From: Octopus sinensis
Taxonomy: Eukaryota
DNA: 64,000 bases
Assembly: GCF_006345805.1 (NCBI RefSeq)
Contig: NC_043004.1
Coordinates: forward strand, 11,966,001-12,030,000
Direction of reading: 5' to 3'
Shown here: positions 1 through 12,568 of the stretch, piece by piece
Numbering within the stretch: position 1 is the first letter of the stretch
Layout: every line of letters starts with the position of its first letter
Position numbers and translations under genes: made by a program
Notes under the pieces: model-generated
What the model saw: the letters and a program-made list of their open reading frames with translations, nothing else
Told to the model about the DNA's origin: nothing
The model's database searches: none

Positions 1-174
1 CACATACACACACACACACACACCTCGACATTTTCATTACCACTGTTTCACTTTCATGTTGGTATGGGTTGGATGGTTTGACAATAGTCAATGTATCTAG
101 GAACTGCATGAAGCTCAAATGTCTGATTTGGAATTGATTTTCAGTGGATGCCCTTCCTAACATTGACCACTTTA

Positions 175-490
175 CATCATCATCATCATTTAACATCCGT
201 TTTCCACGCTGGCATGGGTTGGACGGTTCGACTGAGGTCTGGAAAACCAGTGGCTGCACCAGGCTGCAATCTGATCTGGCAGTGTTTCTACAGCTGGATG
301 CCCTTCCTAACACCTAATACTCCAAGAGAGTAGTGGGTCCTTTTTACATGCTATCAGCACAGAAACTAGTCAAGCAGGCCTGGCATCGATTACATTTGGA
401 TAGTGCTTTTTAAGTGCCACCAGCACAGGACCCAGTCAGGAGTACTGGCATCAGTCATGTTTGGATGGTGCATTTTACATGCCACCGGCA
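175..490 (-). mobile_element. Non-autonomous retroposon family B, (GAT)n-tailed, 5'-truncated
   Basis: catcatcatcatttaacatccgtttttccacgctggcatgggttggacgg...ggatgcccttcctaac recurs at 2285, 6132, 12040, 25723, 35252, 44830, 50080, 58606 and 63780. Confidence 0.75.
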
Positions 491-704
491 CAGGAGCCAA
501 TCAAGCAGCCATAGCATTGATCACACACATGCACACCCACCCACACACATACGCACATATATATATGATGGGCTTCCAAATGGTTTCTGACTCCCAAATT
601 CACTCTGAAGACAGTGGTCAGTCTGTGGCTATACTAGAAAACACTTGTCCCTAGGTACCTTGCACACTTTCTTATGCACCTTGATCATCTACCGTCTCGT
701 GGAG

Positions 705-960
705 ACATGTTGCTTAGTGGTTAAGGTGTTGGACCGATTATGGTAAGATTGTGATTTCAATTCCTGAACTGGACGGTGCATTGTGGTCTTAAGCAAAACA
801 CTTCATTTTTTTTGTTGCACCAGTCCACTCAGCTGATAGAAGTGAGCAACCGTACGATGGACTGGTGTCCCATCCAGGTAGAGAATATATGCACCATGGA
901 AACCAGGAAACCAGCCCTGTGATTCTGTATGACTCAGGAAGGACCTTTATCCTATCCTAA
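705..960 (+). mobile_element. tRNA-derived SINE family D (CORE-like middle), degenerate
   Basis: A-box-like gcttagtggttaagg, B-box-like tttcaattcc, then ttaagcaaaacacttcat...ccagtccactcagctg. The tail matches the minus copy at 11095-11320. Confidence 0.65.
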
Positions 961-1365
961 GCATGGAACATGGATATTAAATGATGGTGATGATAATGAT
1001 GATGATATGTGTATGTATCTAAATGTCACCAAATTGATGATGTATAAACCACATGTATGCATATATATATATGCATGTGCATACAAAATAAAGAGAGAAA
1101 GGGTGGGGGCTGGAAAGTGATTTATAATATTCTGGTCACATTTGCTATTCATTGTTCTCATCGTAGATTATCTTTGTAAATTAATCCTCCCACTAATTTA
1201 ATCTCTTTTATAGTTTATAACTGATACATCAAGCTATGTTTTCCGTTTGATGTTCCCAGCTAATTGACAAGTCTGACTGGCTGGCACAAGGTTATCAGTG
1301 TAATCAATAGAATAATTACTGCAAAATGAAAAACATGATACCATTGTTTACTGATGTTCCTGAGC

Positions 1366-1748
1366 AGAGGCACAATGGCCCAGTGGTTAGAGCAGCGGTC
1401 TCATGGTCGTAGAATCGCGGTTTCGATTCCCAGACTGGGCGTTGTGAGTGTTTGTTGAGCGAAAACACATAAAGCTTCAAGAGGTTCCAGTAGTGGATGA
1501 TGGTGAACCCTGCTGTAATATTTCTCCACAACTTCCTCTCACTCTTTCTTCTTGTTTCTGTTGTACCTGTATTTCAAAGGACCAGCCTTGTCACACTCTG
1601 GGCCATGTTGAATCTCCCCGAGAACTATGTTAGGGGTACACGTGTCTGTGGAGTGCTCAGCCACTTGCATGTTAATTTCACAAGCAGGCTGTTCCTTTGA
1701 TTGGATGAACTGGAACCTTCATCATTGTAAGAAATGGAATGCCACAAT
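1366..1748 (+). mobile_element. tRNA-derived SINE (Arg-like head; compare octopus OR-type families)
   Basis: A box tggcccagtggttag and B box ggtttcgattcc. The 3' module is shared with 14395-14710 and 38485-38790, and the head is shared with 53757. Confidence 0.75.
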
Positions 1749-1825
1749 GTTCCTGAAATTTATGGGCTGGAAAATGAACGATAAGTGTTCAAATCATGAC
1801 TAGGCTAATAGAATATGTATGTATG

Positions 1826-1862
<37 letters not shown>

Positions 1863-2284
1863 TTATATTTATGTATTATTCTTATATAAGACAGATGTTG
1901 ACAGTAACTTCGAAGTTTTACCCTGCTAACCCATTGTTGGACTGCAATTCATTGTATAGTCTCTGTTTGATATATATATATATATACATACATATATATA
2001 TATGTGTATATATATATGTGTATATATATATATATACAACAAGCATCTATCAGTTTCCATATACCAAATCCAATCACAAGGCTTTGGTCAGCACAAGGCT
2101 ATATTACTGAAAATGTCACGCAGTGGGAGTGAACCCAGAACCATGTGGTTTGTAAGCAACCTACTTACCACACAGCCATTCCTGCACCTGTGTGTGTGTG
2201 TATATATATAATATATCTATATTCACATAGACATATGTACACATGCATTTATGTATGTATAAAAATGAAGAAATAAATCATAAT

Positions 2285-2690
2285 CATCATCATCATCGTT
2301 TAACATCCGTTCTCCATGCTAGCATGGGTTGGACGGTTCGACCGGGGATCTGGGAAGCCAGAAGGCTGCACCAGGCTCCAGTCTTATCTGGCAATGTTTC
2401 TACAGCTGGATGCCCTTCCTAACGCCAACCACTCCGTGAGTGTAGTGGGTGCTTTTTACGTGCCACCTGCACAGGTGCCAGGCGAGGCTGGCAACAGCCA
2501 CGGTCGGATTGGTGCATTTTACGTGCCACTGGCACAGAAGCCAGTCGAGGCGGCGCTGGCATTGGCCACGAGTCAGATAGTGCTTTTTACGTACCACCAG
2601 TCCAGGGTTCCTGGCATCAGCCGGGTGCCAGTCATAGGATTGGTTCAATTTGATTTCGATTTCACTTGCCCCAACATGTCTTCGCAAGCA
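2285..2690 (-). mobile_element. Family B retroposon, longest copy
   Basis: (CAT)n tail on the + strand, family body, internal repeats of gtgctttttacgtgccac. Confidence 0.8.
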
Positions 2691-2698
2691 ACATGTAT

Positions 2699-2769
2699 AA
2701 TGGTAGTGCCCCAGCATGGCCACAGCTCGTGAGCTGAAACTAGATAAAATATAAAAATATAAAATATAA
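2699..2769 (+). mobile_element. Extremely 5'-truncated LINE 3' tail (CR1/L2 group)
   Basis: ggtagtgccccagcatggccacagctcgtgagctgaaactaga plus an A-rich tail, near-identical to the 3' UTR of the LINE at 21441-21877. Confidence 0.8.
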
Positions 2770-3182
2770 GCATGCATGCACATGATTTCATTACACTCTC
2801 TCTAATAGAGACGTTTAAAATAAGCTTTATAACTTTGCCATTTTTAAAGAAAGATATTTGTTTTATTTTTAACAGTTGCCTATTTGCAAATTCACTGCTG
2901 GGGAATGTAAATTCATTTTGCTGCAGTGTTTAATTGTGCCAGACATATATTGCCAACAAAACAAGTGACATGTTTGTTCTAGTGAAGCTGTAGTGTTAAA
3001 AAAACTTCTACAACTAATTACACAATAAACAATACATGTTATTTCTTTATTTTTGTTATCAAATGCGAAATTCCAAATGGAATTGATGTAGCTAAAATCT
3101 CAAAGAACCTTATGTCATGTGAGCTAATGAATGTTCACTATTGTTTTGTGTACTTTCCCGCTTTCGTCATAAAAATTTATAA

Positions 3183-3215
<33 letters not shown>

Positions 3216-3219
3216 TATA

Positions 3220-3616
3220 GGCGCAGGAGTGGCTGTATGGTAAGTAGCTTGTTTACCAACCACATGGTTCCGGGTTCAGTCCCACTGTGTGGCACCTTGG
3301 GCAAGTGTCTTCTACTATAGCCTCAGGCCGACCAAAGCCTTGTGAGTGGATTTGGCAGACGGAAACTGAAAGAAGTCCGTCATATATATGTATGTGTGTG
3401 TGTTTGTGTGTCTGTGTTTGTCCCCCTAGCATTGCTTGACAACTGATGCTGGTGTGTTTATGTCCCCGTCACTTAGCGGTTCGGCAAAAAGAGACCGATA
3501 GAATAAGTAGTGGGCTTACAAAGAATAAGTCTCGGGGTAGAGTTGCTCGATTAAAGGTGGTGCTCCAGCATGGCTGCAGTCAAATGACTGAAACAAGTAA
3601 AAGAGAGTAAAAGAGA
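3220..3616 (+). mobile_element. SINE family A, full length (tRNA head, CORE-like box, internal microsatellite, LINE-type tail)
   Basis: ggcgcaggagtggctgtatggtaag...gggttcagtccc...caccttgggcaagtgtctt...(TA/TG)n...ccagcatggctgcagtcaaatgactgaaacaagtaaaagag. More than 20 full or partial copies are in the window. Confidence 0.9.
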
Positions 3617-3736
3617 ATATATATATATACACTTTGTGTGTGTGTATTTGTATGTATATAAATATATATATATTGCGTGTGTCTGTGTGCATGTTTATAT
3701 ATGTATAATTATATTGTGTGTGTGTGTGTGTGTGTG

Positions 3737-3767
<31 letters not shown>

Positions 3768-3769
<2 letters not shown>

Positions 3770-4610
3770 TGTGTGTGTCTGTGTGCATGTTTATATATGC
3801 ATAAATATATTGTGTGTATGTGTGTATATATATATATACATTTTTATATACTCACACATGCACAGTCGAAGAGATAGATAGAATATATAAGTGTATGCAT
3901 AGCATGCATATATATTTATCTGTGAACTAATTTGTGTGTGTATGTATGTATTTGTGTGTCTGTGTTTGTCCCCCCCAACCATCACTTGATACCGATGTTA
4001 GTGTGTTTACAACCCTGTAACTTAGCTGTTCGGCAAAACAGACTGATAGAATAAGCACTAGGCTTATGAAGAATAAGTCCGAGGGTTGGTGGGTGCTCCT
4101 GCATGGACGCATTCAAATAATTAAAACAAGTAAAAGAATATATATATGTATATATATATATCATGTATGTATGTATATATAATATATATATATTGTGTGT
4201 GTCTGTGTGCATGTTTTATATGCATAAATATATTGTGTGTATGTGTGTATATATATATATACATTTTTATATACTCACACATGCACAGTCGAAGAGATAG
4301 ATAGATAGAATATATAAGTGTATGCATAGCATGCATATATATTTATCTGTGAACTAATTTGTGTGTGTATGTATGTATTTGTGTGTCTGTGTTTGTCCCC
4401 CCCAACCATCACTTGATACCGATGTTAGTGTGTTTACAACCCTGTAACTTAGCTGTTCGGCAAAACAGACTGATAGAATAAGCACTAGGCTTATGAAGAA
4501 TAAGTCCGAGGGTTGGTGGGTGCTCCTGCATGGACGCATTCAAATAATTAAAACAAGTAAAAGAATATATATATGTATATATATATATCATGTATGTATG
4601 TATATATATA
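3768..4610. repeat. Tandem duplication, two ~425-bp near-identical units
   Basis: 3768-4191 is repeated at 4192-~4610. Identical ORF translations appear at 3927 and 4354 (offset 427). Confidence 0.92.
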
Positions 4611-5316
4611 TATATATGTATAAAAAGAGAGAGAGAGAGATTTGGTAGACGGAAACTGAAAGAAACCTGTCGTATATATATATGTGTATATATCTATGTG
4701 TGTCTTTGCATCTACATTTGTCCCAACCATCACGTAACAACCAGTGTTGGTGTGTTTACATCCCTGTAACTTCACAGTTCAGCAAAATAGTCCAATAGAA
4801 TAAGTACTAGGCTTAAAAAATAAATCCAGGGGTCAATTTGTTCAACTAAAACACTTCTAAGCAGTGGTCCAGTGTGGCCACAGTCAAATGACTAAAACAA
4901 AAGGATAAAGGTATATATAACCATGGTATCGACCAGATAATCAGATTTTGTGATACATCGTTGATCACAATGTGTTTTGTGTATCATTTTATCTTTCAAA
5001 TGGTGCCACCCTACTAACTCGGTGAGCAGGCCAATACTCCCTCTGATAGGAAAGCTAACCTATCGCTGGGTTACACATTTACAGCTGAATGAACTGAGGC
5101 AACATGAAATGAAATGTTTTGCTCAGGAACACAACATGCTACTTGGCCCAGGAACTGAACCAACGATCTTGTGATTGTGAGTGCAACACCCTAAATCGTA
5201 ATCCATGTGCCTTCACACTCACAAACACATACATACACACAGACACACACACACAAACACACACACTTGCATGTATATTATAAATATATATATAAAAAAC
5301 AAAACAAGAATGACCA

Positions 5317-5508
5317 TTAATATTGTTTTAAATCAGAGATAGTTGCACACGTTGTACAGTGTTGCAAAGAAATCCTCATGCACTGGTGCATTGCATTAGA
5401 TGTATAGAAGTTTTCTAAATATCTCAGCACTTTACAATCCACCTCAAAAGTCACACCATATGCAACAACTAATCTATGATCACTCAGATGTGTTTCATAA
5501 AAATGCAT
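5317..5508 (-). CDS. Candidate terminal coding exon of an unknown gene (MHFYETHLSDHRLVVAYGVTFEV...DLKQY*)
   Basis: Non-repetitive 64-codon frame starting directly after the acceptor tctctgatcttgcag. The SDHR string resembles the EEP-superfamily C-terminal motif. No family recognised. Confidence 0.25.
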   Translation of the reverse strand: MHFYETHLSDHRLVVAYGVTFEVDCKVLRYLENFYTSNAMHQCMRISLQHCTTCATISDLKQY

Positions 5509-5777
5509 CTGCAAGATCAGAGACAACTACTGTACATGACACTGAAATTTTAGTGTATGCATCATGTTATATATATATATATTGTGTGCACATGTATATG
5601 TGTGTGTGTGTATGCATCTATGTTTGTGTGTATATATATACATTCATATGCATATATATGTGTGTGTATATATATTTTTATATATATATATATATACATA
5701 CATATATATGTATACATATTTATACATATATACGTATACATATGTATAAATATATATACATATGTGTATATATGTGT

Positions 5778-5818
<41 letters not shown>

Positions 5819-5972
5819 TAGGCATTCCTTTTATGATTATGTTCAATTCACAATGCATTTATTTATTTTTTATGGTTATTGTATTGTTATGAGAATGTAT
5901 TCAGAAGATACGTGCACATTGCACACGCCAGTCCACACATGCACATTCACGTTTCTAGTTCTGTGTCCAGTC

Positions 5973-6004
<32 letters not shown>

Positions 6005-6519
6005 CTGTGTCTGTGTGTGCATGAATGAATGTATGACTGTATGCATGTGTGTATGTGTGTGTATGTGTGTTTATATTCAAATATATTCTTGTTAATCTAT
6101 AGATGAGAAATGAAACTACTGAATATAGAAATCATCATCATCATCATCATTGTTTAATGTCCGCTTTCCATGCTGGCATGGGTTGGACAGTTTGACTGAA
6201 GACTGGCAAACCAGGAGGCTGCACCAGGCTCCAATCTGATCTGCCAAGGTTTCTACAGCTGGATAACCTTCCTAATGCCAACTGCTCCCAGAGTGTAGTG
6301 GATGCTTTTTACGTGCCACTAGCACAGGGACCAGTAAGGTGACATGGGCATCGACCACACTCGAATGATGCTTTTTACATGCCACTAGTGAATATTTACC
6401 GTAACACTGAAATCACTCACAGTTACCACTCTGAGTTTCAAGGGAAACTGGAACGTACACACACCCATCCTTACACACACACACACACAAACACATATGC
6501 ATACATACATACATAAATA

Positions 6520-6858
6520 TACTGGGACACCCTTCGGTCATGACTGATCATGGGGTTGCACCTAGGAATTTACCCTCCCAGGCACAAGTCTGGGCAAGGT
6601 TGTTTATGGAAGACCAGCAGTCGCCCATGCATACCGGCCTCCCCTCTCCACGCCACCTGTGTTACCCAAGGGAAAGGCAAAAGCCGATACAGCTTGGCAC
6701 GAGTGGCATCGCAACTCATTTTTACAGCTGAGTGAACTGGAGCAACGTGAATTAAAGTGTCTTGCTCAAGAACACAACACACAGCTCGGTCCAGGATTCG
6801 AACTCACAACCTCGCGATCATAAGCTCGGTGCTCTAACCACTGAGCCATGCACCTTCA
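6520..6858 (-). mobile_element. SINE family D, tail type shared with 27510-27855
   Basis: Minus-strand tRNA head (tggctcagtggttagagc...gagttcgaatcc) and CORE-like cttgagcaagacactt. The second copy gives a near-identical ORF translation. Confidence 0.8.
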
Positions 6859-6888
6859 CATACATAAATACATACATACATACATATA

Positions 6889-7100
6889 CAAGGGGTGCTG
6901 AAATGTTCCTGGCTTTCGGTAAAAGATTATACAGGAAGATTAGTCAATTATTTTATTCAGCATAATCCCCTCTCAGATTCACACACTTATTACAGTGCTC
7001 CTTCAGTTTTTGTAAGCCCTGTAAAAGAACTTGGAAGCTTAGGGCTCCAACCAGACCTTTCACAGTACCCTTAAAATCAGGAACTTTTAGAACCCCTTCA
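6889..7100. mobile_element. Tc1/mariner-type MITE
   Basis: Imperfect TIRs caaggggtgctgaaatgttcctggcttt / aaaatcaggaacttttagaacccctt, flanked by TA. Second copy at 7665. Confidence 0.75.
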
Positions 7101-7104
7101 TATA

Positions 7105-7501
7105 TCTTTATATATAAAAGTGAAGTTGTGTGTCTGTCTCCTACGATTTAGATTCCTAACTACTCCCACATTTTGCGGTGCAGTGTAACCAAAAGCGGGT
7201 ATCTTATAGTTGTGATTCATATCGAGCCCTTCTAGGTATTAGTGCGTGTCTACGATGAGTCTACGATTTAAAAAAAAATTTACCATCATCATTTTTTCCC
7301 ATTTTTAATGCATTTTTTGCTATTATATAAGGGAAGTAACTCTCTAAAAATGTATTATTAAATCTCAGAACGTAAAAAGCTACAGTAACACCCCCCTTTG
7401 TGGTTAGCCATATTGAGATGGCTATTATACTTTACATCTCTAAAAATGCTTATATAGTTATTTCCCTTACAAACCCGAGCAATGCCGGGCGATACTGCTA
7501 G
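7105..7501 (+). mobile_element. Non-autonomous Helitron
   Basis: 5' TC (tctttatatataaaa), subterminal GC hairpin cccgagc-aat-gccggg at 7474-7489, 3' CTAG at 7498-7501, inserted between A and T with no TSD. Confidence 0.85.
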
Positions 7502-7510
7502 TTATATATA

Positions 7511-7570
7511 TAGTGGTTAGGATTCCTGACTTTCACCCAGGCGGCCCGGGTTCGATTCCCGGCATGGGAA
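7511..7570 (+). pseudogene. tRNA-Glu(TTC)-derived sequence lacking the 5' acceptor strand
   Basis: tagtggttaggattcctgactttcacccaggcggcccgggttcgattcccggcatgggaa matches eukaryotic tRNA-Glu(UUC) from about nt 13 onward: anticodon stem cctg/cagg, TTC anticodon, intact T arm. Confidence 0.85.
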
Positions 7571-7664
7571 CGTCTTTCTTTGGCGGTGGTGCCCCAGCAT
7601 GGCTGCAGCCTTCGGGCTAAAACATTTTTAAGGATTTATATATGTACGTATATATACACACACA

Positions 7665-7881
7665 TGTGGGAATGCTGAAAAGTTCCTGGCTTTGGGTAAA
7701 AGAAAATGGAGGAGACTCAGTTAATTATGATTTTATCCAACATGTCCCCTTCTCGGATATTCACACTTATTGCAGTGGCCTTTCAGTTGTTCTGATCCCT
7801 GTAAAAGAACTCAGAAGGTTGGGACTCCAGCCTGGCCTTTCACAATACCCTTAAAGCTAGTAGCTTTTCAACACCCTCTCG
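7665..7881. mobile_element. Tc1/mariner-type MITE, second copy
   Basis: Homologous along its length to 6889-7100. Ends ...cttttcaacaccctctcg|ta. Confidence 0.75.
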
Positions 7882-8379
7882 TATATATATACATAAACGC
7901 ATAGCCTCATTGATTGTGGATGATCATGAATTTTTACAGCTGCAAAGTTCTTCTGTGAGGTCCAGGAGTGTTTAATGTTTCACAATGCCATCAACGTTTT
8001 GCAAAGGAAAGGCAACGCTGATAAATTTTAGCACTGTCATTTTCTCAGTTTCCATTTGAATATAAAGAACCGGAACATTCTGATGGTTCCATTGAGCCAC
8101 CAATCAGAATTGGTGCTTTCTTTTTATTGATCCTTAAAATATGAAAGGCATAGTTGGACTTGATAGGATTTGAGCTTGCAACAAAGAGAGTTAGAATAAA
8201 TATTATGAGGCTGTTTGTGTGTTGCTGTAACAACTCTGCCATTTCACCATAGATACATGCACTCCCATACACACACACCATACTCTGTATATACACACAC
8301 AACACACATGCATCACACACAAGAAACACACACACACAAAACACCTTACTCACATGTTTAATGCAGATACATTCAATGC

Positions 8380-9220
8380 AACCATGTATACAGCACACAC
8401 ACACACACACACGACACTGCACATATATACTACACACTTTCAACACAACTCAGACATGCATCACAACGCACACATTCAATACAACACACACATACAACAC
8501 AATACATAGACATCCAACACAGTACACACAACACAGCACAATACACATTCAACACAACACACGCATACAACACAACACATGCATACAACACAACACATAC
8601 AACACAACACACATACAACACCACACACGCATACAACACAACACATGCAAACAACACAACACATGCATACAACACAACACATGCATACAACACAAAACAT
8701 ATAACAACACATGCATACAACACACACATACAATACAACACATGCATACAACACAACACATGCATACAACACAACACATACAACACAACACACATACAAC
8801 ACCACACACGCATACAACACAACACATGCATACAACACAACACATACAACACAACACATGCATACAACACAACACATGCATACAACACAACACATGCATA
8901 CACACAACACATGCAACAACACAACACATACAACACCACACACACGCATACACACAACACATGCAACAACACAACACATGCATACAACACAACACATGCA
9001 TACAACACAAAACATATAACAACACATGCATACAACACACACATACAATACAACACACACACGCATACAACACAACACAAAACATATAACACAACACAAA
9101 CGTTCAATGCAACATGCATTCAACACAACACATATAACAACATAACACATTCACACAACAGACACCACAACATAATACACAAAACACACACAACACACCT
9201 CACCTTACACAGACACACAA
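8380..9220. repeat. Complex CA-rich minisatellite (acaacacaacacatgcat-like ~17-bp variants)
   Basis: Visible repetition. It generates the overlapping QHNTCI/VLYACV ORFs. Confidence 0.9.
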
Positions 9221-10020
9221 CCAACCGTTTTTTATATACTTGAATATTACTGACACATAACATCTCTTAGGCAGAAGGCCAGAAGGAGTGGGGGTGGGGC
9301 TGGTATTTGGGCTGATGAGAAATTGCTGTTGCTTTTGCTGTTGTTGTTGTTGTTATTGCTGCTGATGTTAATATTGTGCTGATGATGATGCTGTTGTTGT
9401 CACATTAGTGTTCAACCTCTGGGGGCATAAAAATTCCCTGCATTCATGCCATAGATAAATTAGTGACATAGGACATTTATTAATGTTTAAGTGGGTGGTA
9501 TTTGGTGGTGGTGGTTGTAATGGTGGTGGTGGTGGTGGTGGCGGCGGTGGTGGCGACGGTTTTGCTGGTGCGGCTCCTTAGAGCTGCAGCTGGAATGTGT
9601 GAGGTAGGTTGCTGCTACCATCTTGCATAGCATGTCCCTAAGGTCACACAGCTGGTGACCTTTGTATTATCTAATGGAGCTCTGAGGAGGGAGAAGTAAA
9701 AGAAAGACACAGGTTTGGAGAGAAGGAGAGAAAGAGGACAAATGATTGAGAGAGAGAGAGAAAGAAAGAAAGAGAGGTCTGAGGAAAAGATAGAGATTGT
9801 GCATGAGAGAGAAGGAGAGTGAGGAAGTAGAGATGATATGGATTGAAAAATAGGGTGCTTGTGTGGACAGACAGATAATCACAGTGGGAGATAATCAGAC
9901 AGATAGATAGTTAGACAGGAAGTCAGGTGGGTAGGTACTTAGCTTGATAGCTAAAAGTTTAGTTGGAAAGAGACAGACATGAAATTATTGTGAACGCATA
10001 TGTATGTATATATATGCATA

Positions 10021-10425
10021 GGCGCAGGAGTGGCTGTGTGGTAAGAAGCTTGCTTACCAACCACATGGTTCCAGGTTCAATCCCACTGTGTCGCACCTTG
10101 GGCAAGTGCCTTCTGCAATAGTCTCAGGCCGACCAAAGCCTTGAGTGGATTTGGTAGATGGAAACTGAAAGAAACCCATCAAATATATATATATATATAT
10201 AAATATATATATATATATGTCTGTGTGTGTTTGTCCCCCCAACATCACTTGACAACTGATGCTGGTGTGTTTACGTACCCATAACTTAGCGGTTCAGCAA
10301 AAGAGACCGATAGAATAAGTACTAGACTTACAAAGAATAAGTTCTGGGGTTGATTTGCTTGATTAAAGGCAGTGCTCCAACATGGCCACAGTCAAATGAC
10401 TGAAACAAGTAAAAGAATAAAAGAA
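10021..10425 (+). mobile_element. SINE family A, full length
   Basis: Same head, body and tail as 3220-3616. Confidence 0.9.
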
Positions 10426-12373
10426 TATATACATATGACAGACTTCTTATGCTTTTTATATAAAAAGCAGATGTTAAGTGATAACGTATCCTCTCCCCAC
10501 TGGAACCTTTTTTTCATGTGAAAATATAAGTCAGAAACCTTAAAACACTTGGTGGGGACACATGTTTAAACTAACCTGGTGGTCACTTGGACTGCACAAT
10601 ACTTTGGGGCTAACGTCTTCTAATATATCCCCAGATTGACGAAAACCTTGTCAGTGGAATTGGTAAATGGAATCAAAAGAAGCTTGGCGCGTGTGTGTGC
10701 GTTCATATCTTTTTGTTTTGACATTGTGCAATAGTTGTAAACAAGCTTCACCTCCACACAAGCAGTTTCATTCATTTGATATCTTTCATGGAGGTATGTC
10801 TGGCCATTTTGATAATCATTTTCCAAAAGACCAGAGGATAATATTATCATCTTTGTTTGGAAAAACGTGATGGTTGGCAACAAGGAAGAGCAATCCAACT
10901 GTAGAAAATTTATCTCAATGAATTTTGTTTGACATAAGCAAGCAGAGAGAAATAATAAAATGATGATGATAGTGATGGTGGTGGTGGTAATACTGAGGGA
11001 AGGATGAGGAAGAGGTGGAGGTGTCTCACTGGATGTATTTTCTTTTTACCACAACTTGCGTAGACTGAATCCAGATTAATAAATAAAATAAATATACCCT
11101 TTTAAAGCCTAGCCAGGCTCATGGGCCCGGTTTCCCGGTTTCAATGGTGTATGTGTTCCCTAGCTGGACGGGACGCCAGTCCATTGCAGGCGTTACTCAT
11201 TTTTGCCAGCTGAGTGGATTGGAGTGACCTGAAATGAATTGTTTTACTCGAGAACACAACGCGTTGCCCGGTCCAGGAATTGAAACCACTATCTTACGAT
11301 CATGATGCTGACACCCTAGGATTAAACTATTGAACATGTCCTTTTTTCATTATGGTTGCATGTGTTTGAGTTGAGAGAGATTTCGGGCTGCTATTTCTAG
11401 CAGATTGAGTGATATGTAGAAGCCTCCCCATTCATTGGTGCATACAGATATATGTAGAAACCTATTAGTTAAATATCGAATTTTCATTGAATATTTTGTT
11501 CCTATAATAGCCTGGTTTTTTTCCCCTCCTTTTACCAACACAGCTTAAAAGTCAGCATGTAGACATTCTTTGAGGAATAAAAAAATCAATAAGAATACCA
11601 TTTATTGACATAAAATCTAACAACAAAGAAAGAACTGACATCTCAAAAATAAATGGTCCAACGCTCCAAAAACAAAAAGAAAGAAAATAAATATTTGCCT
11701 ACAATTTAGAATTTCTGTTCACTCACCTATTTCTCCATTTGGCTGGAGCTAAAATCTGTTGCTGATGTTGTTGTTGTTGTTGTTGTTTAGCTTAGAATCA
11801 ATCCTGATCAAGCAGATGTATGGTCAAAGACATTCCAGCTGTGACCTTTTTCGCATTTTTTTTTTCTTTTTTCAGCTTTAGTGTATAAGAACAACATTGA
11901 TGTTTTGGATTTTTTTTTTCCTTCTGTGGTTGCTAATTTTAGCAGGTCAAGGAATGCAGTAGTAGCTTCAAGCTTCTAATTGGTTTGGTGGTGGTGGTGG
12001 TGGTGGTGGTGGTGTGTATGTGTGTCTGTGTTTGTGTGTGAAAAGCACTTGGTCCACTCTGTAAGGGCAGCTGGTGTTAAGAAGAGCATCCAACCACGAA
12101 AACCCTGCTAAAACAAACAATGGGAAATGGTGCAGTCTTCTGTCTAGCCAGCCAGCCCCTGTCAAACCGTCCAACCCATGCCAGCATGGAAAACAGATGT
12201 TAAATGATGATGATAATGTGTTCAGCAAAAGATGGGGATAGATGAGGGAACAAGAAACATGGTATATTAGTTTGATTCTCCAGGAAAAATAGAAGTGTCT
12301 TCAAAATTTTGAACCTATGCTCTTCTACGGAAAGAAATATGGAGAGAAGAAAATAAAATTGAGAAAAAAAATT

Positions 12374-12528
12374 TGTGGTTGTGTGGTAAGTAGCTTGCTC
12401 ACCAACCACATGGTTCCGGGTTCAGTCCCACTGCGTGGCACCTTGGGCAAGTGTCTTCTACTATACCCTTGGGCCAACCAAAGCCTTGTGAGTGGATTTG
12501 GTAGACAGAAACAGTAAGAAGCCCATGG

Positions 12529-12568
<40 letters not shown>

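Noticed and set aside
5400-6095. Long ORFs rich in YI/CV/HT (also 8361-9150, 23700-24407, 54785-55441)
   Set aside because: Translations of (TA)n/(CA)n/(TATG)n repeats, open in several frames on both strands.
7499-7570. Functional tRNA-Glu gene
   Set aside because: The first ~12 nt (5' acceptor strand and start of the A box) are replaced by a TA run.
8049-8112. Possible exon FPFEYKEPEHSDGSIEPPIRI
   Set aside because: Weak donor (gtgctt), abuts a decayed SINE, and is phase-incompatible with the next plus-strand candidate.
9598-9630. let-7-like seed TGAGGTAG
   Set aside because: Diverges from let-7 after the seed, and the local hairpin is too short for a pre-miRNA.
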